Below are positions 29,388-38,669 of a DNA stretch of 60,016 nucleotides, in pieces (position 1 is the stretch's first letter; every line of letters begins with the position of its first letter). Location of the stretch: positions 1 through 60,016 of IMG/VR virus record IMGVR_UViG_3300049930_000038. One strand, given 5' to 3'. The position numbers were made by a program, and so were the translations under genes. The notes beneath the pieces are model-generated. The model was not told where the DNA came from. It was given only the letters and a program-made list of their open reading frames with translations, and did not search any database. The DNA is from a virus. Taxonomy: Duplodnaviria; Caudoviricetes.

Positions 29388-31552
29388 CAGTAGCCACCCC
29401 CCGGCGCCTGCGCCGCCGGCGGCTTGACCCCGCGGCTGCCGCCCGGGCCTGCCCTGCCTGCGGTCGCCGCCGGCGTCGGTTGGTTCACGACCTCGACGCG
29501 CAGGGGCGCGCCGGCTTTCATCGCGTCGGCGACCGCCTTGCCGTCGATGCCCTTTCCGCCCGGCGCTGCCGCGGCCGAGGGGTTCTCGAGCTTGGCGATC
29601 AACGCTTCCTTTTCTTTCAGCACCTGTTCCATTTCCGCGATCTGCTCGGCATTGATCTTTTGCAGGTTCGGGCCGTCGTCGCTGCGGGTGCCGATCGGGT
29701 TGCCCATCTCGTCGACGTCGCCGCCGCCGGCTGACAGCAGCCCGAACAGGCCTTGCATGAACCCGCCGCTTTCCTCTTTTGCCTTGGCGATGGCGACGCG
29801 CAAGCGGTCGCGCTCGGCCTTGTGTTTCGACAGCGGCCCGCGGGTGCTCGCCGCTGACGCGCCCGCCGCCGACAGCTCGCTCGTCGCGCTCGCGTTCGCG
29901 CCGAACGCATTGTCGATCTGCTCTTCACCGATCTCGTACGCGACGCCGGCGAGGGCAGCGACCGCAGCGAGGCGCATCGCCGTCGCCATTTTGCTCGCGC
30001 CTTTCTTTCCGCCGTCGGCGATTTCGTCCTCGACGACGTTGCCGAGCAGCTGCGCCTCGGTCAATCCCTCGCCGAGCATCTGATGATGGCGCTCGAGCGA
30101 GCTGCGCCGACCGCTGCCGCCGCCGCCCTTGCCGCCGGCGCCGCCCCTGCCGCCGCCGCCGCCGCCGCCGCCGAACCCGAACGCCTCGCGGAACGCCTCG
30201 CCGAGCGCCTCGTTCACGGCGCCGCTGACGAAACCCATGCCCGCCTTTCCGCCGACGGCAGCCGCGCCCGACAGCCACGGGTTATTGACGACGAACTTAG
30301 CGAGCTTGCCCATGCCGCTCGCGATGCTCGGCAGCATTTTCGACAGGTCCTCGACGGCCTCGATGATGCGCGGGTCGCTGAACGACTGCGTCAGCGTTTC
30401 GAGGGCCCGCTCGAGCCGGCGCTGCGGGTCGTTCATGCGCCGCTGCGCCTCGTCCTGCAGGTGCGTCCCGTGCGTCAGCGACTTGCCGAGGTTCGAGATC
30501 TGCCCGTCGAGCACGGCGAGCGCGCTGTCGATCGCGGCCTTGCCTTTCAGGCCTGACTCGTTCGCCTGTTTCAGCGCTTGCTCGAACGGGTCGGTGAAAA
30601 GGATCTTGAGCGCTTTCTGTTCCTCGGCCTCTTTCATCGACCCTTTGATCGCGTCGAGGCCTTTCTTTCCCATGCCGAGGATCCGTCGCATGCGCGCCAT
30701 CAGATCCTTTTCGTTCAGCAGCTTTTTTGGATCGATGTGCAGCGCCTTGGCGATGGCGGTTATCTGCGCCTGATCGCCGAGCGACAGCAGGATCTGTTTG
30801 ATGCCTTTCACCTGCTTTTGCAGGTTGCCCATCGCGTCGTCAGTTTGCACGAGCGCGCCGAGCATGAAGTCGAGGCCGCGCCTGCCGTCGAGGCCGGCGT
30901 TCAAAAGCTCGGCGCCCATGTTCGAGGCGACGTCGGCGAACTCCTGAAAGCTCGGGCCGCCCATCTGCGCGGCCTCGAACACCTGCCCGAACACGTCGCC
31001 CATGTCCTCGGCAGCGACGCCGAATTTCGTATGCATCTGATCGGCGAGCGAGGTCAGGGTCGAGATCTCCTGACCCGTCGCGGTCGCTGCCTCGCCGATG
31101 GTTTCGAGCATGTTGTCAGCGAAATCACGGTCGCCCGTCGCTGCGAACAGCTGCTCGTATGCGTCTGCCATCTCGACCGTACGCCGGCCGGTTTTGATGG
31201 CGGCCTGCTCGGCGAGGCGCTGCAGGTCGGTATGCTTCACCTGCTCGCGCGTCGCGGTCGACACACGGAACGCGAGCTGCTTGAACTTGGCGTCGAGCTC
31301 GACGGCGCCTTTCAGCGCGCTGCCGAACGTCAGCCCGCCGAGCAGACCGCCGACCATGCCGAGCGACGAGCGTGCGGTCGCTGCCATCTCGCCGAGGTTC
31401 GACGTCGCCTTTTTGACGCCGGCACCGAACACCTGCATCGCCTTTTCGGATCGCTGCGCTGCGCGCACGGCAGCGTCACCCGACTTGCCCATCGCGGCGA
31501 CGAACTGCCCGTCATCGAGGGTCAGCTTTATCGCTGCTTCACGGTCGGCCAT
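29387..31552 (-). CDS. Tape measure protein
   Basis: 721 aa Ala/Gly-rich helical protein after TAC. Confidence 0.88.
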   Translation of the reverse strand: MADREAAIKLTLDDGQFVAAMGKSGDAAVRAAQRSEKAMQVFGAGVKKATSNLGEMAATARSSLGMVGGLLGGLTFGSALKGAVELDAKFKQLAFRVSTATREQVKHTDLQRLAEQAAIKTGRRTVEMADAYEQLFAATGDRDFADNMLETIGEAATATGQEISTLTSLADQMHTKFGVAAEDMGDVFGQVFEAAQMGGPSFQEFADVASNMGAELLNAGLDGRRGLDFMLGALVQTDDAMGNLQKQVKGIKQILLSLGDQAQITAIAKALHIDPKKLLNEKDLMARMRRILGMGKKGLDAIKGSMKEAEEQKALKILFTDPFEQALKQANESGLKGKAAIDSALAVLDGQISNLGKSLTHGTHLQDEAQRRMNDPQRRLERALETLTQSFSDPRIIEAVEDLSKMLPSIASGMGKLAKFVVNNPWLSGAAAVGGKAGMGFVSGAVNEALGEAFREAFGFGGGGGGGGRGGAGGKGGGGSGRRSSLERHHQMLGEGLTEAQLLGNVVEDEIADGGKKGASKMATAMRLAAVAALAGVAYEIGEEQIDNAFGANASATSELSAAGASAASTRGPLSKHKAERDRLRVAIAKAKEESGGFMQGLFGLLSAGGGDVDEMGNPIGTRSDDGPNLQKINAEQIAEMEQVLKEKEALIAKLENPSAAAAPGGKGIDGKAVADAMKAGAPLRVEVVNQPTPAATAGRAGPGGSRGVKPPAAQAPGGGY

Positions 31553-31560
31553 GCGAGCAC

Positions 31561-31566
31561 AGTCTA
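31561..31566 (-). promoter_or_regulatory. Sigma70-like -10 box, leaderless TMP start
   Basis: TAGACT 8 nt before ATG 31552, no SD. Confidence 0.45.
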
Positions 31567-31588
31567 ACGGGCGTTGCCCGGATGCGCA

Positions 31589-31768
31589 TCACTTGCCGTG
31601 TTCGGGCGGCAGCCGCAGGATGGCGCGCAGCTGATCGGGCGTCAGTTGCCCGGTGTCGAGGTCCCTGACGATCGCGCAAACGAGGGTGCGTTCGGCGAGC
31701 AGCATGCTTCCCGCGCCATAAGCAGAATGCAGCTGGCCTGCTCGAAACCAGGCATACCGGCTAAAAAA
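31589..31768 (-). CDS. -1 frameshift extension of tail assembly chaperone
   Basis: T TTT TTA at 31768-31762; -1 frame open to 31589. Confidence 0.6.
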   Translation of the reverse strand, partial: FFSRYAWFRAGQLHSAYGAGSMLLAERTLVCAIVRDLDTGQLTPDQLRAILRLPPEHGK

Positions 31769-32250
31769 CTGATGTCTGCCCGCGCCTTGATCTGCGCGAT
31801 GATGCGCCACATTTTCTCGCCGTCGTACGCCCCGAACGACGGGTGCTGCATCCGAACCCATGCGTCATAGCGACCCCAAAGCTCGCTGATGCTCGCCGGG
31901 TCGTAGTCTCGCCACAGCGTTTCGGGGTCGGGCACGTGCTGCGTATGGCAGTCGGTGTCGCGGATCGCGAACGACAGGATCACGTATTCCTCGAACATCT
32001 CGACGAGGTCGCTGTCGCGGTCGAGGTCGAGCTTTTCTTTCAGCGCCCATGCCCGGGCCTGCACGCGAGCTCGCACCTTGATCCCGTTCGGCACGACGCG
32101 CAGGCGCACCGGGGTTTCGCTGACGCCGCCCTGCGCGTTGCGTCGTTTGATTGACGCCGGCATGTGCAGGATGCCGTCGCGTTCCTCGACCCCGATCTGA
32201 TCCCAATTTTCGAGCACGAGCGCGACGGCTCGTTCGACGTCGTCTGCCAT
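31642..32250 (-). CDS. Tail assembly chaperone
   Basis: Between tube and TMP, contains slippery heptamer. Confidence 0.75.
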   Translation of the reverse strand: MADDVERAVALVLENWDQIGVEERDGILHMPASIKRRNAQGGVSETPVRLRVVPNGIKVRARVQARAWALKEKLDLDRDSDLVEMFEEYVILSFAIRDTDCHTQHVPDPETLWRDYDPASISELWGRYDAWVRMQHPSFGAYDGEKMWRIIAQIKARADISFLAGMPGFEQASCILLMAREACCSPNAPSFARSSGTSTPGN

Positions 32251-32603
32251 CAGTGCCCCGCCGCGGGGTGCTCGTCGCCCATGGACGGCGGCGACGCCGG
32301 CGCCTGCCGCGAGCTCGGCGGCAGCGGGTCGAGGCCCGCCCTGACTGCGCAGTCTTTCGCGATCAGCAGGTGCTCGAGCGCCCGGCGACTCTGCTCGTTC
32401 TCGGGCAGCTCGCGCGCGATGAAATGCGCGAGGTCGGCGAACGGCTTGCTCGTCGCCTGCAGCGCCGGCGACAGGTGACTGAACCGAAAGTATTGCAGGT
32501 CGCTGTGCATGGGGCGCCTCGAGGTCAGCGCGAGCTCGACCGGGTTAGCCGTGCAGTCCGCGTCAGGGAACCGCACCCGGTCGAGGCTCGCGTCGGGCGT
32601 CAC
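32250..32603 (-). CDS. Acb2/Tad1-like helical hairpin protein
   Basis: LQYFRFSHLSPALQATSKPFADLAH...EQSRRALEHLLIAKDCAVRA. Confidence 0.55.
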   Translation of the reverse strand: MTPDASLDRVRFPDADCTANPVELALTSRRPMHSDLQYFRFSHLSPALQATSKPFADLAHFIARELPENEQSRRALEHLLIAKDCAVRAGLDPLPPSSRQAPASPPSMGDEHPAAGH

Positions 32604-32604
32604 A

Positions 32605-33000
32605 CTACGCTGCGGCGCGCTGCTTTTCCAGCTTGCCGATGAACGTGATCGACCCCTTGACCGCGTCGTCGAGCGGGGCGTCGAGCTGCACCTGCGTGTA
32701 AATGCCGTTCAGCGTCAGGACCTTGCCGCCCGGGAACTTGGCGCGCAGCTGCACGATCTTGCCGTCTTGCACGTCCTTTATGTAGTTGCGCTCGAACCCG
32801 TTCTCGCCGACGACGAAATCGAACGTGACCGTCGACTCGCGCACGCCGAGCGTCACGCCGGCGCCGTCCTCGCGCAGCGTGTGCACCTGCTTGCCGTTGT
32901 TCGTCGTCGTGATGCTGAAATTCGTAACGCGAACGAGGTCGCCGTTTCCCTGCGCGAGAAAGGCTTTCGCGAATAGTTCCTGCTCTGTGCCGTCTGCCAT
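32605..33000 (-). CDS. Tail tube protein
   Basis: 131 aa beta-rich gene right after sheath. Confidence 0.8.
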   Translation of the reverse strand: MADGTEQELFAKAFLAQGNGDLVRVTNFSITTTNNGKQVHTLREDGAGVTLGVRESTVTFDFVVGENGFERNYIKDVQDGKIVQLRAKFPGGKVLTLNGIYTQVQLDAPLDDAVKGSITFIGKLEKQRAAA

Positions 33001-33042
33001 GATGCTTGCTCCTATGCCGCTGCTGCTGCCGCCGGGGCGGCG

Positions 33043-34554
33043 TTACCCCGCGACCTTTTGAGCGACGACGCCGAGTTTCGCGAGCGGCTTGACGATCGCG
33101 AGGGGCAGGAAAATGTCGACCTGCGACCCATCGGTCGCGTTGATCTCGACGATCAGCTCGCCCGCCGTGATGCTCGCGTCGAGGGCTGCGCCCTGCACGA
33201 CGCCGAGGTCGACCCATCTGCCGAGGCGCGACTCGATGAAAGCCTGAATGTCCTTTCGCTCGGTCACGCCGGCAGGCAGGCGGTTCTGCCCGGGCGGCAG
33301 ATCCGGCGTGATGCTGGTGTTCGCGAACTCGATCGGCAGCGCGCTGCGCAGGTCGCTCGCGACGGTGAACATGCCGTCGGTGTCTGACAGGTCGAGCGCT
33401 CGATAATCCTGCGACGCGCCGTTCAGGCTGTGCGTCGTGATGGGCCGCACGACGAACAGCTCGCCCGTCAGCAGCTCGACGTCGAGCGGGGTCACGCCGT
33501 TGTTCAGCAGCGACTCGGTTTCGGCAACCGTCAGCTTTTCGGCAACGATGTCGCGCGGCCCGTACAGGTCGAGCTTGTTTCCGATCCGGTTATAGTTCGC
33601 CCGGATCGCGATCCATTTCAGCGCGTCGCCCGCGTCGGCAGCGGCGAGCTCGCCGGGCAGGTCCTCGAAATTCTGCCCGAACACATACTCGAACGCCTCG
33701 TTATTGCGCGCGATGGCGCCCGCCTGCGCGTTCGCGACGCTGCCCGTGTGCCCGACGACGCCGACCTGCAGCAGCGCTTGATTGCCCGTTTCCGTCGCGT
33801 CGATGTGCGCCGCGATGCGGGCCGCGTTGCTCGTGCCCGCAGACGCCGTCGCGTCGGCGTTCGACAGAACGCCGATGATGCGCCGGTATTCCTGCGTCGC
33901 AACGGTCGACAGCGCGGTCGTGAAATCCGGCTCGAGCGTGCCGCCCGTCAGGGCTGCCGGGTTCACGGTGATGGCGATGCCGCCGCCGCCCGTCAGGATC
34001 GAGGCGTTCAGCAGGATGTCGTTTCCCCACAGCCCGGCGAGCTTGGCCGTGTAATCGATGCTGCCCGCGTTCGCGGCGGGCGTCAGCGGCAGGTCGTCGG
34101 TTTTGGCGGCGATGGCAGCGACGGCGCGCACGACGAACGTCGTCGCCGACTCGCCGTTGTTCCACGCGACGTCGGTGACCCGCCCGCAGTGGCGGAACCG
34201 GATCACGCTGTTCTGTGTCGCCGGGCCCGTGAACGTTTGCGTGCCCGTCGCGGCGACGCCGGCGCTCGGCGTCGGGCTGATCGCGTACAGCTGCCCGAGC
34301 GGGTTCTGCCGAAAGAAACGCTTTGCCGCGAGGTGCCCGGGCGTACCCGTGCCGTACGCGGTCGCGCCGTCGTCGGGCCCGAAAAGCTGCCGCACCTCGG
34401 TATTGTTCACGAGGGTGCCGGCGCTGCCTTTCGGTGCCATCAGCAGCGCGCGCGCGACGTCGCTGCCGGGGTTCGCGGGATCGCCGAGCAGGTCGACGAC
34501 GAGGTACAGACCGGGTGTTTTAGTCGCCGGTGCGACGGCGAGCGGGATCGTCAT
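33043..34554 (-). CDS. Tail sheath protein (Mu gpL-like)
   Basis: TPGLYL, YTAKLAGLWGNDI, ESLLNNGVTPL, VVRPITT. Confidence 0.92.
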   Translation of the reverse strand: MTIPLAVAPATKTPGLYLVVDLLGDPANPGSDVARALLMAPKGSAGTLVNNTEVRQLFGPDDGATAYGTGTPGHLAAKRFFRQNPLGQLYAISPTPSAGVAATGTQTFTGPATQNSVIRFRHCGRVTDVAWNNGESATTFVVRAVAAIAAKTDDLPLTPAANAGSIDYTAKLAGLWGNDILLNASILTGGGGIAITVNPAALTGGTLEPDFTTALSTVATQEYRRIIGVLSNADATASAGTSNAARIAAHIDATETGNQALLQVGVVGHTGSVANAQAGAIARNNEAFEYVFGQNFEDLPGELAAADAGDALKWIAIRANYNRIGNKLDLYGPRDIVAEKLTVAETESLLNNGVTPLDVELLTGELFVVRPITTHSLNGASQDYRALDLSDTDGMFTVASDLRSALPIEFANTSITPDLPPGQNRLPAGVTERKDIQAFIESRLGRWVDLGVVQGAALDASITAGELIVEINATDGSQVDIFLPLAIVKPLAKLGVVAQKVAG

Positions 34555-34876
34555 GAGGCTTTAACTCCGAGCGCTTTTGATGGCGCGCGGGGTGTGCCTC
34601 CCCCGGTGCTGATGGTTCGTCCTGTCGGTTCTGCTGCAGCCACTCGTCAGCGGTCCGCTCGACGAGCGAGCCCTCGCGCAGCGCGCGCAGGTATTCCCTG
34701 CGGAACTTGCGATGCTCGTCGTGCGGGATCGCGATGACCTGTTCGGGGTGATACTCGACGACCGTCGGATCGTCTGTTCGGCGCTCGGCGCCGATGAACG
34801 TGCGAGTGCCGTAGCGGGTGACGAGGCAGCCCTCGACGCACGAGACGAACAGCGCGAACTGCGACAGCTGCGACAT
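34520..34876 (-). CDS. Small tail-associated protein
   Basis: ATG 34876; EYLRALREGSLV motif, precedes sheath as Mu gp38 does. Confidence 0.65.
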   Translation of the reverse strand: MSQLSQFALFVSCVEGCLVTRYGTRTFIGAERRTDDPTVVEYHPEQVIAIPHDEHRKFRREYLRALREGSLVERTADEWLQQNRQDEPSAPGEAHPARHQKRSELKPHDDPARRRTGD

Positions 34877-34883
34877 GCGGACA

Positions 34884-34912
34884 ATGCTACGCGAGGCCGG
34901 CTGCACCGGCAA
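34884..34912 (-). promoter_or_regulatory. Sigma70-like promoter, leaderless
   Basis: TTGCCG-N17-TAGCAT, 7 nt before ATG 34876. Confidence 0.65.
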
Positions 34913-34915
34913 GCA

Positions 34916-35902
34916 TCAGGGCCCGGGCGGGATCGGTACGCCGATGTCGACGATCGTCAGCGGCGTCGTCGGTTCGGGCGCAGGCCGCCCCGGCAGCGCT
35001 TGCCGCAGCCTCGTTCGCAGCCACGGCAGGAACGTGCGGGTGTCGGTGCGCGAGATGACGCGGTTAACCCGCAGCGTCATCGCGTACACATAGTGACGCT
35101 CGCCCCGCACGAAACGGCTGCGGTTCAGCAGCTCGAGACTGCCGAGGTTCGTCAGCTGCTCGCCGTCGGTCGTCACCTGCTGATCCGTCAGCAGCCGGGT
35201 AATGGCCTGCATCAGGCGCAGTCCCTCGCTGCGCCGCTTGCTCGAGCCGGCGACTGACGAGCTGACGACGAATAGCCGGTAATTCTCGGCGAACCCGCGC
35301 ATGCCGTCGGCGAGGCGGGTCGAGCCTTGGTTCGTCCCTGCCGTGCGACCCTCGTACGGGGTCGATTGTGTCCAGACGATCATTAGCCCGGGCAGCTGCG
35401 ACAGGCGCCCGCCGGCGATGTCGTCCTCGATGGCAGCCGGATCCATGTCCTCGTAATAGACCGCGCGCCGCAGCGCGAGCTCGCCCTCGGCCCGATCGGC
35501 GGCGTCGGTGATGGCGGCATCGAGGGTCGCCTCGTCGTCGAGGTCGGCGATCAGCGGGTCGAACCGCAGCCGGGTGCCGGCGTCGAGGTTGTGCCGGGCG
35601 CCGCCGAGGTTCGAGCGCACGGCGACCGACAGGCTGCCGCCGGGCGGGATAGTCCAGGCGCCGCCCTTGCCGTGCGGCAGCGTCGTCGCGGGGTTCGGCG
35701 CGACCTTGAACACGAGGTCGTCGGCGAGCTCGTCGTGCACGACGGGCAGCAGGCACATGTTCGGGTCGAGCTCGACGGCGGCGCCCGAGGGGTTCGACAC
35801 CGTCATCGTGCCCGTTCCGCGGGTGCCGGTCAGGGGCGCGAGCTGCCCGAGGATGGCGCGAGCTAGCGCCTCGATGACGTCATAATCGAGCGGGGTCGGC
35901 AT
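34916..35902 (-). CDS. Tail completion/terminator protein with inserted baseplate-J-like beta domain
   Basis: Position between neck and sheath; C-terminal LPGLMIVW...YRLFVV...YVYAMTL. Confidence 0.65.
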   Translation of the reverse strand: MPTPLDYDVIEALARAILGQLAPLTGTRGTGTMTVSNPSGAAVELDPNMCLLPVVHDELADDLVFKVAPNPATTLPHGKGGAWTIPPGGSLSVAVRSNLGGARHNLDAGTRLRFDPLIADLDDEATLDAAITDAADRAEGELALRRAVYYEDMDPAAIEDDIAGGRLSQLPGLMIVWTQSTPYEGRTAGTNQGSTRLADGMRGFAENYRLFVVSSSVAGSSKRRSEGLRLMQAITRLLTDQQVTTDGEQLTNLGSLELLNRSRFVRGERHYVYAMTLRVNRVISRTDTRTFLPWLRTRLRQALPGRPAPEPTTPLTIVDIGVPIPPGP

Positions 35903-35921
35903 GGTGTCTCGTGGTCCCTCG

Positions 35922-36542
35922 TCACTCGGCCGCAGGCGCGAGCACCTGCGACAGGATCAGGTCGACGGCCTCGGCCTGCGCGGCCTCGAAATCGATGTCG
36001 GTAAAGTCACGTTTGGGCAGCCGCTTGCGAGGCGCGTCGCTGACGTGGAACCCGGCATACGGCACGTTCGTGAACGCCTCGGCGACGGCCTGATCGGCGT
36101 ACGGCATGATCGAGCCGGCGAGGTTGCCGGTGTCCTGCAGGATGGTGAACGCGATCGACGCCTCGCGCGCCTTGCGTTTCTCGCGCGCCTTGCCCTGCCG
36201 TTTGATGCGGGCCCGGCGCTCTTTTGCCGATTCGGTGTACCACTGCCCCTCGTGCATGTAGGTGCCGCCGCCGCGCAGCTTGCGCCCGCCCCGGATTTTC
36301 CGCAGCCGATTTTCTTTCGTCGACTCGGCGAGGTCCTGCCATTTCGGGCGCCCGGCGACGGCGCCCTCGCGCGTGAACACTTCCTGCACCGACGTGACGA
36401 GGATCTCGGCGAGCGCCGGCGTCGTCTCTGCCATGACCGTTGACCCGGCCTCCGACAGTCGATGCAGGGCAGACAGCAGCGCCGAGCTGTCGAGCTCGAC
36501 GGTGCTGCCGCCGCCGCGCCGGCGATAATCGACGACGGGCAT
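35922..36542 (-). CDS. Virion morphogenesis (Mu gpG / tail S-like) protein
   Basis: WQDLAEST, ILQDTGNLAGSI, TNVPYAGFH, LPKRDF. Confidence 0.88.
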   Translation of the reverse strand: MPVVDYRRRGGGSTVELDSSALLSALHRLSEAGSTVMAETTPALAEILVTSVQEVFTREGAVAGRPKWQDLAESTKENRLRKIRGGRKLRGGGTYMHEGQWYTESAKERRARIKRQGKAREKRKAREASIAFTILQDTGNLAGSIMPYADQAVAEAFTNVPYAGFHVSDAPRKRLPKRDFTDIDFEAAQAEAVDLILSQVLAPAAE

Positions 36543-36629
36543 TCAGCGACCCCCGCAGGTGCATGCACACCAGACGCAGCGCCTGCAGTACAGGCAGCGA
36601 CCGACGAGGCAGGGGCAGCGCACGGTCAC
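36543..36629 (-). CDS. 28-aa micro-protein with 8 Cys (not in ORF track)
   Basis: MTVRCPCLVGRCLYCRRCVWCACTCGGR, exactly fills the gap. Confidence 0.55.
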   Translation of the reverse strand: MTVRCPCLVGRCLYCRRCVWCACTCGGR

Positions 36630-37063
36630 ACCCCGGGGTTCGGGTCGTCGATCGCGATGCCGTCGCTCGGGTACAGCGCGACCTCGCCATACCCGGGCAG
36701 CGGTCCCTCGGGCGGGTCATCGGGCAGCGGCGCCGCGAACCCCGTCGGCGTCGGCAGCGGCGACTCGTGCGGGGTGCCGGGCTCGCACGCGATCGCCTTG
36801 TTTGCCGTCATCATCGCCTCGTGCAGCTGCCGCAGCGCCGCTGTCTGATCGGCGCCGTCCGGGCAATTCTCGATGACGGCGAGGGCGCACACCTTGAACG
36901 CGAGCCGGTTGCGCTCGATGCGCTCGGCCTGCTCGGGCGCCGGCCGGTGATAATCGAACGAGTCGAGGATGCCCTGCTGTCGCGGCGTCAGTACGGTGCC
37001 GCGTCTGCCGCTCGGCAGCGTCACGCGGCGGTCATCATTCGGATCGATGGGTCGGTTCATCAC
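36626..37063 (-). CDS. Acb2/Tad1-like helical hairpin protein
   Basis: FDYHRPAPEQAERIERNR...NCPDGADQTAALRQLHEAMMTANKAIA. Confidence 0.65.
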   Translation of the reverse strand: MMNRPIDPNDDRRVTLPSGRRGTVLTPRQQGILDSFDYHRPAPEQAERIERNRLAFKVCALAVIENCPDGADQTAALRQLHEAMMTANKAIACEPGTPHESPLPTPTGFAAPLPDDPPEGPLPGYGEVALYPSDGIAIDDPNPGV

Positions 37064-37242
37064 CCGAACCGTACACCATCAGTGCGGCCGCGTCGCAGCT
37101 GCGTCGCCTGCTGCCGCATGCGCGTCGCCTCGCGGCGTCGCCGGTCGGCTTGGCTCGGGTCGAGCTGCTCGAGCTCGGTTGCCTCGGCGTCGAGGCGCGC
37201 CGCCTGCTGCTCGAGGTCGTCTGCGCGGGTCACCTGAATCAT
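37060..37242 (-). CDS. Small coiled-coil protein
   Basis: ATG 37242, coupled at both ends. Confidence 0.55.
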   Translation of the reverse strand: MIQVTRADDLEQQAARLDAEATELEQLDPSQADRRRREATRMRQQATQLRRGRTDGVRFG

Positions 37243-37487
37243 CGCCAATGCTTTCCCGCAGCGGTCACATGCCGCAGCGAATGCCCTGCGCCGAGGATGC
37301 ACTGATGCCCGGCGTCGCTCGTCGAGCTGCAGCGGTCCTGCACCTCGCACGTGCAAGGTAACCGCGCGTCGCCGCTCGTGCACGCGGGACATTCGCCGCG
37401 ACGACCGGCGAACGCCGGGGCAGGCTTGGCGGCTTTCCTCGTGCCGCGCGTCGGTGGGACGGGCCCGCGAGGCACGCCTCGCTGCAC
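37239..37487 (-). CDS. Small Cys/His-rich protein, start uncertain
   Basis: CPAC...CTC...C...HQCILGAGH. Confidence 0.45.
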   Translation of the reverse strand: MQRGVPRGPVPPTRGTRKAAKPAPAFAGRRGECPACTSGDARLPCTCEVQDRCSSTSDAGHQCILGAGHSLRHVTAAGKHWR

Positions 37488-37492
37488 CGCTG

Positions 37493-37981
37493 TCAGAACC
37501 CCCCCGGGCCCGAGCTGCCCGGATAGCGCGGGTCGCGCGCGATGACGAATGCCGGGCCCGGACCGGTGCTGACGTCGCCGCCGACGATCGGGTTCTCGCC
37601 GGCGCCGGTGTCCTCGGTCTTACTGCGCAGCTCGCCGAGGCTCATTTTCACGAGGGCAGAACGGGCGTCCTCGCCCATCTGATAATACGGGCCGCGCCCG
37701 TTCGCGTCGTGAAACTCGAGGCGCATATACCCGGCAGCCTGCGCGAGCATCCGGGTCGCGTAGCGACGTAGCGATGCATCCTCGGAAAGGGCATTCAGCG
37801 CCGGCGCGCCGAACCCCTTGCGAAACAGGATCGAGGTCACCTCGTCGTTGACGCCGGCGACGGTTTCGTCGACCCGAGTCGCGTCGGCGCCCTCGATCCT
37901 GCCGTCGCCGTCCTCGTCGAACAGCTCGACGACGCGGCGCCGTCCGATCAATTGCACGAGCTGTTCGAGCGAGGTCCACAT
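37493..37981 (-). CDS. Head-tail adaptor (Mu gp36 / DUF1320-like)
   Basis: WTSLEQLVQLIG...EVTSIL...ARSALVKMSLGEL; position after MCP. Confidence 0.75.
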   Translation of the reverse strand: MWTSLEQLVQLIGRRRVVELFDEDGDGRIEGADATRVDETVAGVNDEVTSILFRKGFGAPALNALSEDASLRRYATRMLAQAAGYMRLEFHDANGRGPYYQMGEDARSALVKMSLGELRSKTEDTGAGENPIVGGDVSTGPGPAFVIARDPRYPGSSGPGGF

Positions 37982-37996
37982 AAGGGCGTTCCGATG

Positions 37997-38551
37997 TCAG
38001 GGTGTGAACGGGTTCGGCGGCTGCTTTGGCGGCAGCGGGCCGACGACCTGCCCGCGGGTTTCGACGATCGCCTGCGCGAGGTCGGATGGCAGCGCGCTGA
38101 TCGGCGTGCCGTGTTTCACGTACGCCGGGCAAGGCTCGCCCTCGTCGTCATGATAGCGCCCGACCCAATTGCCGTGAACGACGGCCTCGGTCGTCGACAG
38201 CGGTTTCGACGGGTCCGGCTTGGCGACGTACTGACCCGAGCGCTGCGCGATATACGCGCCCGGCGCGGCGTCGACGTCGACCGGTGCTGCCGGGATCGCG
38301 ATGCCGCCGGCGAGCTTGTTTGCCGCTCGGGTCACCTCGGGCGAGGCAGGGGCGGGCGCAGTGCGAGCCTCGGCAGCGGCCTCGCCGACGGCCGCGTCGC
38401 GCGCTGCGACGGCGTCGCGCGCTGCCGCGAGCTTGGCGTCGTCGGCAGTCGCCTTGCCGCTTTCCGCGTGCGGCACGTCGCTGTGCCCGCCGGCGGCGAC
38501 GGCGGCCTCGTCATCGAGCGGCGGCGGGGTTGGCTTGTTATTTTTCGACAT
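37997..38551 (-). CDS. Ala/Pro-rich head-associated protein
   Basis: ATG 38551 with AGGAG SD. Confidence 0.7.
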   Translation of the reverse strand: MSKNNKPTPPPLDDEAAVAAGGHSDVPHAESGKATADDAKLAAARDAVAARDAAVGEAAAEARTAPAPASPEVTRAANKLAGGIAIPAAPVDVDAAPGAYIAQRSGQYVAKPDPSKPLSTTEAVVHGNWVGRYHDDEGEPCPAYVKHGTPISALPSDLAQAIVETRGQVVGPLPPKQPPNPFTP

Positions 38552-38594
38552 GCGTTCTCCTAAACGAGGGGGTTCGCTCGTCAGGGTAACACAC

Positions 38595-38645
38595 AAAAAA
38601 ACAGCGGGCCGCACCCTGTCGCAGTGGCAAGGGGCGGCCCGACTG
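38595..38645 (-). terminator. Intrinsic terminator after MCP
   Basis: CGGGCCGC...GCGGCCCG stem followed by T7 on minus strand. Confidence 0.8.
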
Positions 38646-38669
38646 TAAGGGCATCGATGCTGTGGCGAC

